A stretch of 64,000 nt of DNA from a virus. Shown piece after piece: positions 63,113 to 64,000 of this stretch. Position 1 is the first letter of the stretch, and every line of letters begins with the position of its first letter. Under the pieces are notes generated by a model. That model was not told the DNA's origin and did no database searches. It was given only the letters and a program-made list of their open reading frames with translations. The translations under genes and the position numbers were made by a program. The stretch lies in the IMG/VR virus record IMGVR_UViG_3300049979_000188. The stretch is one strand, 5' to 3'.

Positions 63113-63604
63113 CTAAAAAGGTAAATCGTTGGCGCCGCTGCGGGCATTGTAGTCGGCTTCCAGGCTGCGGATACCCTGCATGAGCTGGTTCCACCAGTAG
63201 GTGAGGTCCGCATGACCCAGGTAAGCCGCCGGAATACCGCTTACCTGCTGGGCCAGCTGCTTGAAGTGCTTGTTGACTTCCATGAGCTGGTCCAGGCTCT
63301 GCTCCAGCTGCAAGTCGATAGTGGGCGCGTTTACCCACGGGTCGTCGCCAAACTCAAAATCTGTCAACAGCGCCGGGTATTGCTCGGGTAGGTTAAAAAC
63401 GCGCAAATCCACAGAGGGGCGCAGCTCATAGCGACCAGCCGGCAGCACGGCGTAGGTGCCCTCGTCGTAGTTGAGGAGCAGTACATTGTGCTCAGTCCAC
63501 GGCTCACGCAGGGGAATGGAAGGCAGGCAGCCGGCTCGACGCAGGTTGTAGAGTACCGCCTGGCGGTCGATTTCCGAGGGTGCCTTGAGAATGATAATGG
63601 CCAT
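63113..63604 (-). CDS. hypothetical protein
   Basis: ORF tiling. Confidence 0.65.
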   Translation of the reverse strand: MAIIILKAPSEIDRQAVLYNLRRAGCLPSIPLREPWTEHNVLLLNYDEGTYAVLPAGRYELRPSVDLRVFNLPEQYPALLTDFEFGDDPWVNAPTIDLQLEQSLDQLMEVNKHFKQLAQQVSGIPAAYLGHADLTYWWNQLMQGIRSLEADYNARSGANDLPF

Positions 63605-63677
63605 ACTGTTCTTTATTCAGCTAAGGTGAAAGCTTCGTGGAAGTCAAAGATGTCGGTTGCCATACGAGGACAGTAGG

Positions 63678-64000
63678 CTACGCCGCGGGCCAGATAAGAG
63701 CCCCAATCTTTTGCGCTTTCTCGGTATGGCCGAGCTCTTTGGCAGAAGTGGCCTCGTAGACCAACACCGCCGTTAGCTCGTAGAGGGCCGCGTGAACCTC
63801 TACGTTAAAGGGATGCGTACCCTGAAAAAGAAAGAGGGCGTTATGCGCCAGCAGTAACGGCTCCCAGAGCGGATACTCGGGATGGAAACCTTGGCGGAAC
63901 ACTAACTCCAACTCCTGGAGTACTGCCGCCAGCTCACTTTCCAACGCCGTCCCACAATTAGTATAGGCTACACCCAATGCCTTTACGACAAGCGGCAGAC
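63678..64000 (-). CDS. hypothetical protein (5'-partial)
   Basis: frame is open to the window edge. Confidence 0.5.
   Translation of the reverse strand, partial: LPLVVKALGVAYTNCGTALESELAAVLQELELVFRQGFHPEYPLWEPLLLAHNALFLFQGTHPFNVEVHAALYELTAVLVYEATSAKELGHTEKAQKIGALIWPAA

Overview
64-kb segment of a large, probably lytic dsDNA bacteriophage. The host is inferred to be Bacteroidota (Cytophagales-like), from A/T-rich starts without Shine-Dalgarno sites and Bacteroidota-type HTH proteins. Almost all ~105 genes are small, tightly packed and on the minus strand. They are driven by a promoter-like motif, GTAAC(G/A)-N16-CGTA(A/T)AC, which I found 22 times by eye, always in the gene orientation. Recognisable proteins are mostly counter-defence or nucleotide-handling: NadE, a NadD-like/PRTase-like fusion, three 2OG-Fe(II) oxygenases (one AlkB-like), a Tad2/DUF2829 domain, a NADAR-like protein, HD, CYTH and two MazG-like hydrolases, two M50 site-2 proteases, DUF932, and LAGLIDADG and HNH endonucleases. 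A three-gene plus-strand cassette (17.3-21.0 kb) encodes Ig/FN3, LamG-like and beta-helix tailspike-like proteins. The most striking part is an RNA island at ~21-35 kb. It holds 7 canonical tRNAs, a ~600-nt ROOL/GOLLD-class structured RNA candidate, and at least 8-9 'tRNA-core' RNAs. These keep a paired acceptor stem, D-loop GG and T-loop but replace the anticodon/variable arms with different multi-helix domains. The island also has a tRNA-Met with an unpairable chimeric acceptor stem, a minihelix, tmRNA-like pieces and a long-stem 242-nt RNA. All protein family calls are from motif recognition by eye and all RNA folds are hand-derived; no searches were run.
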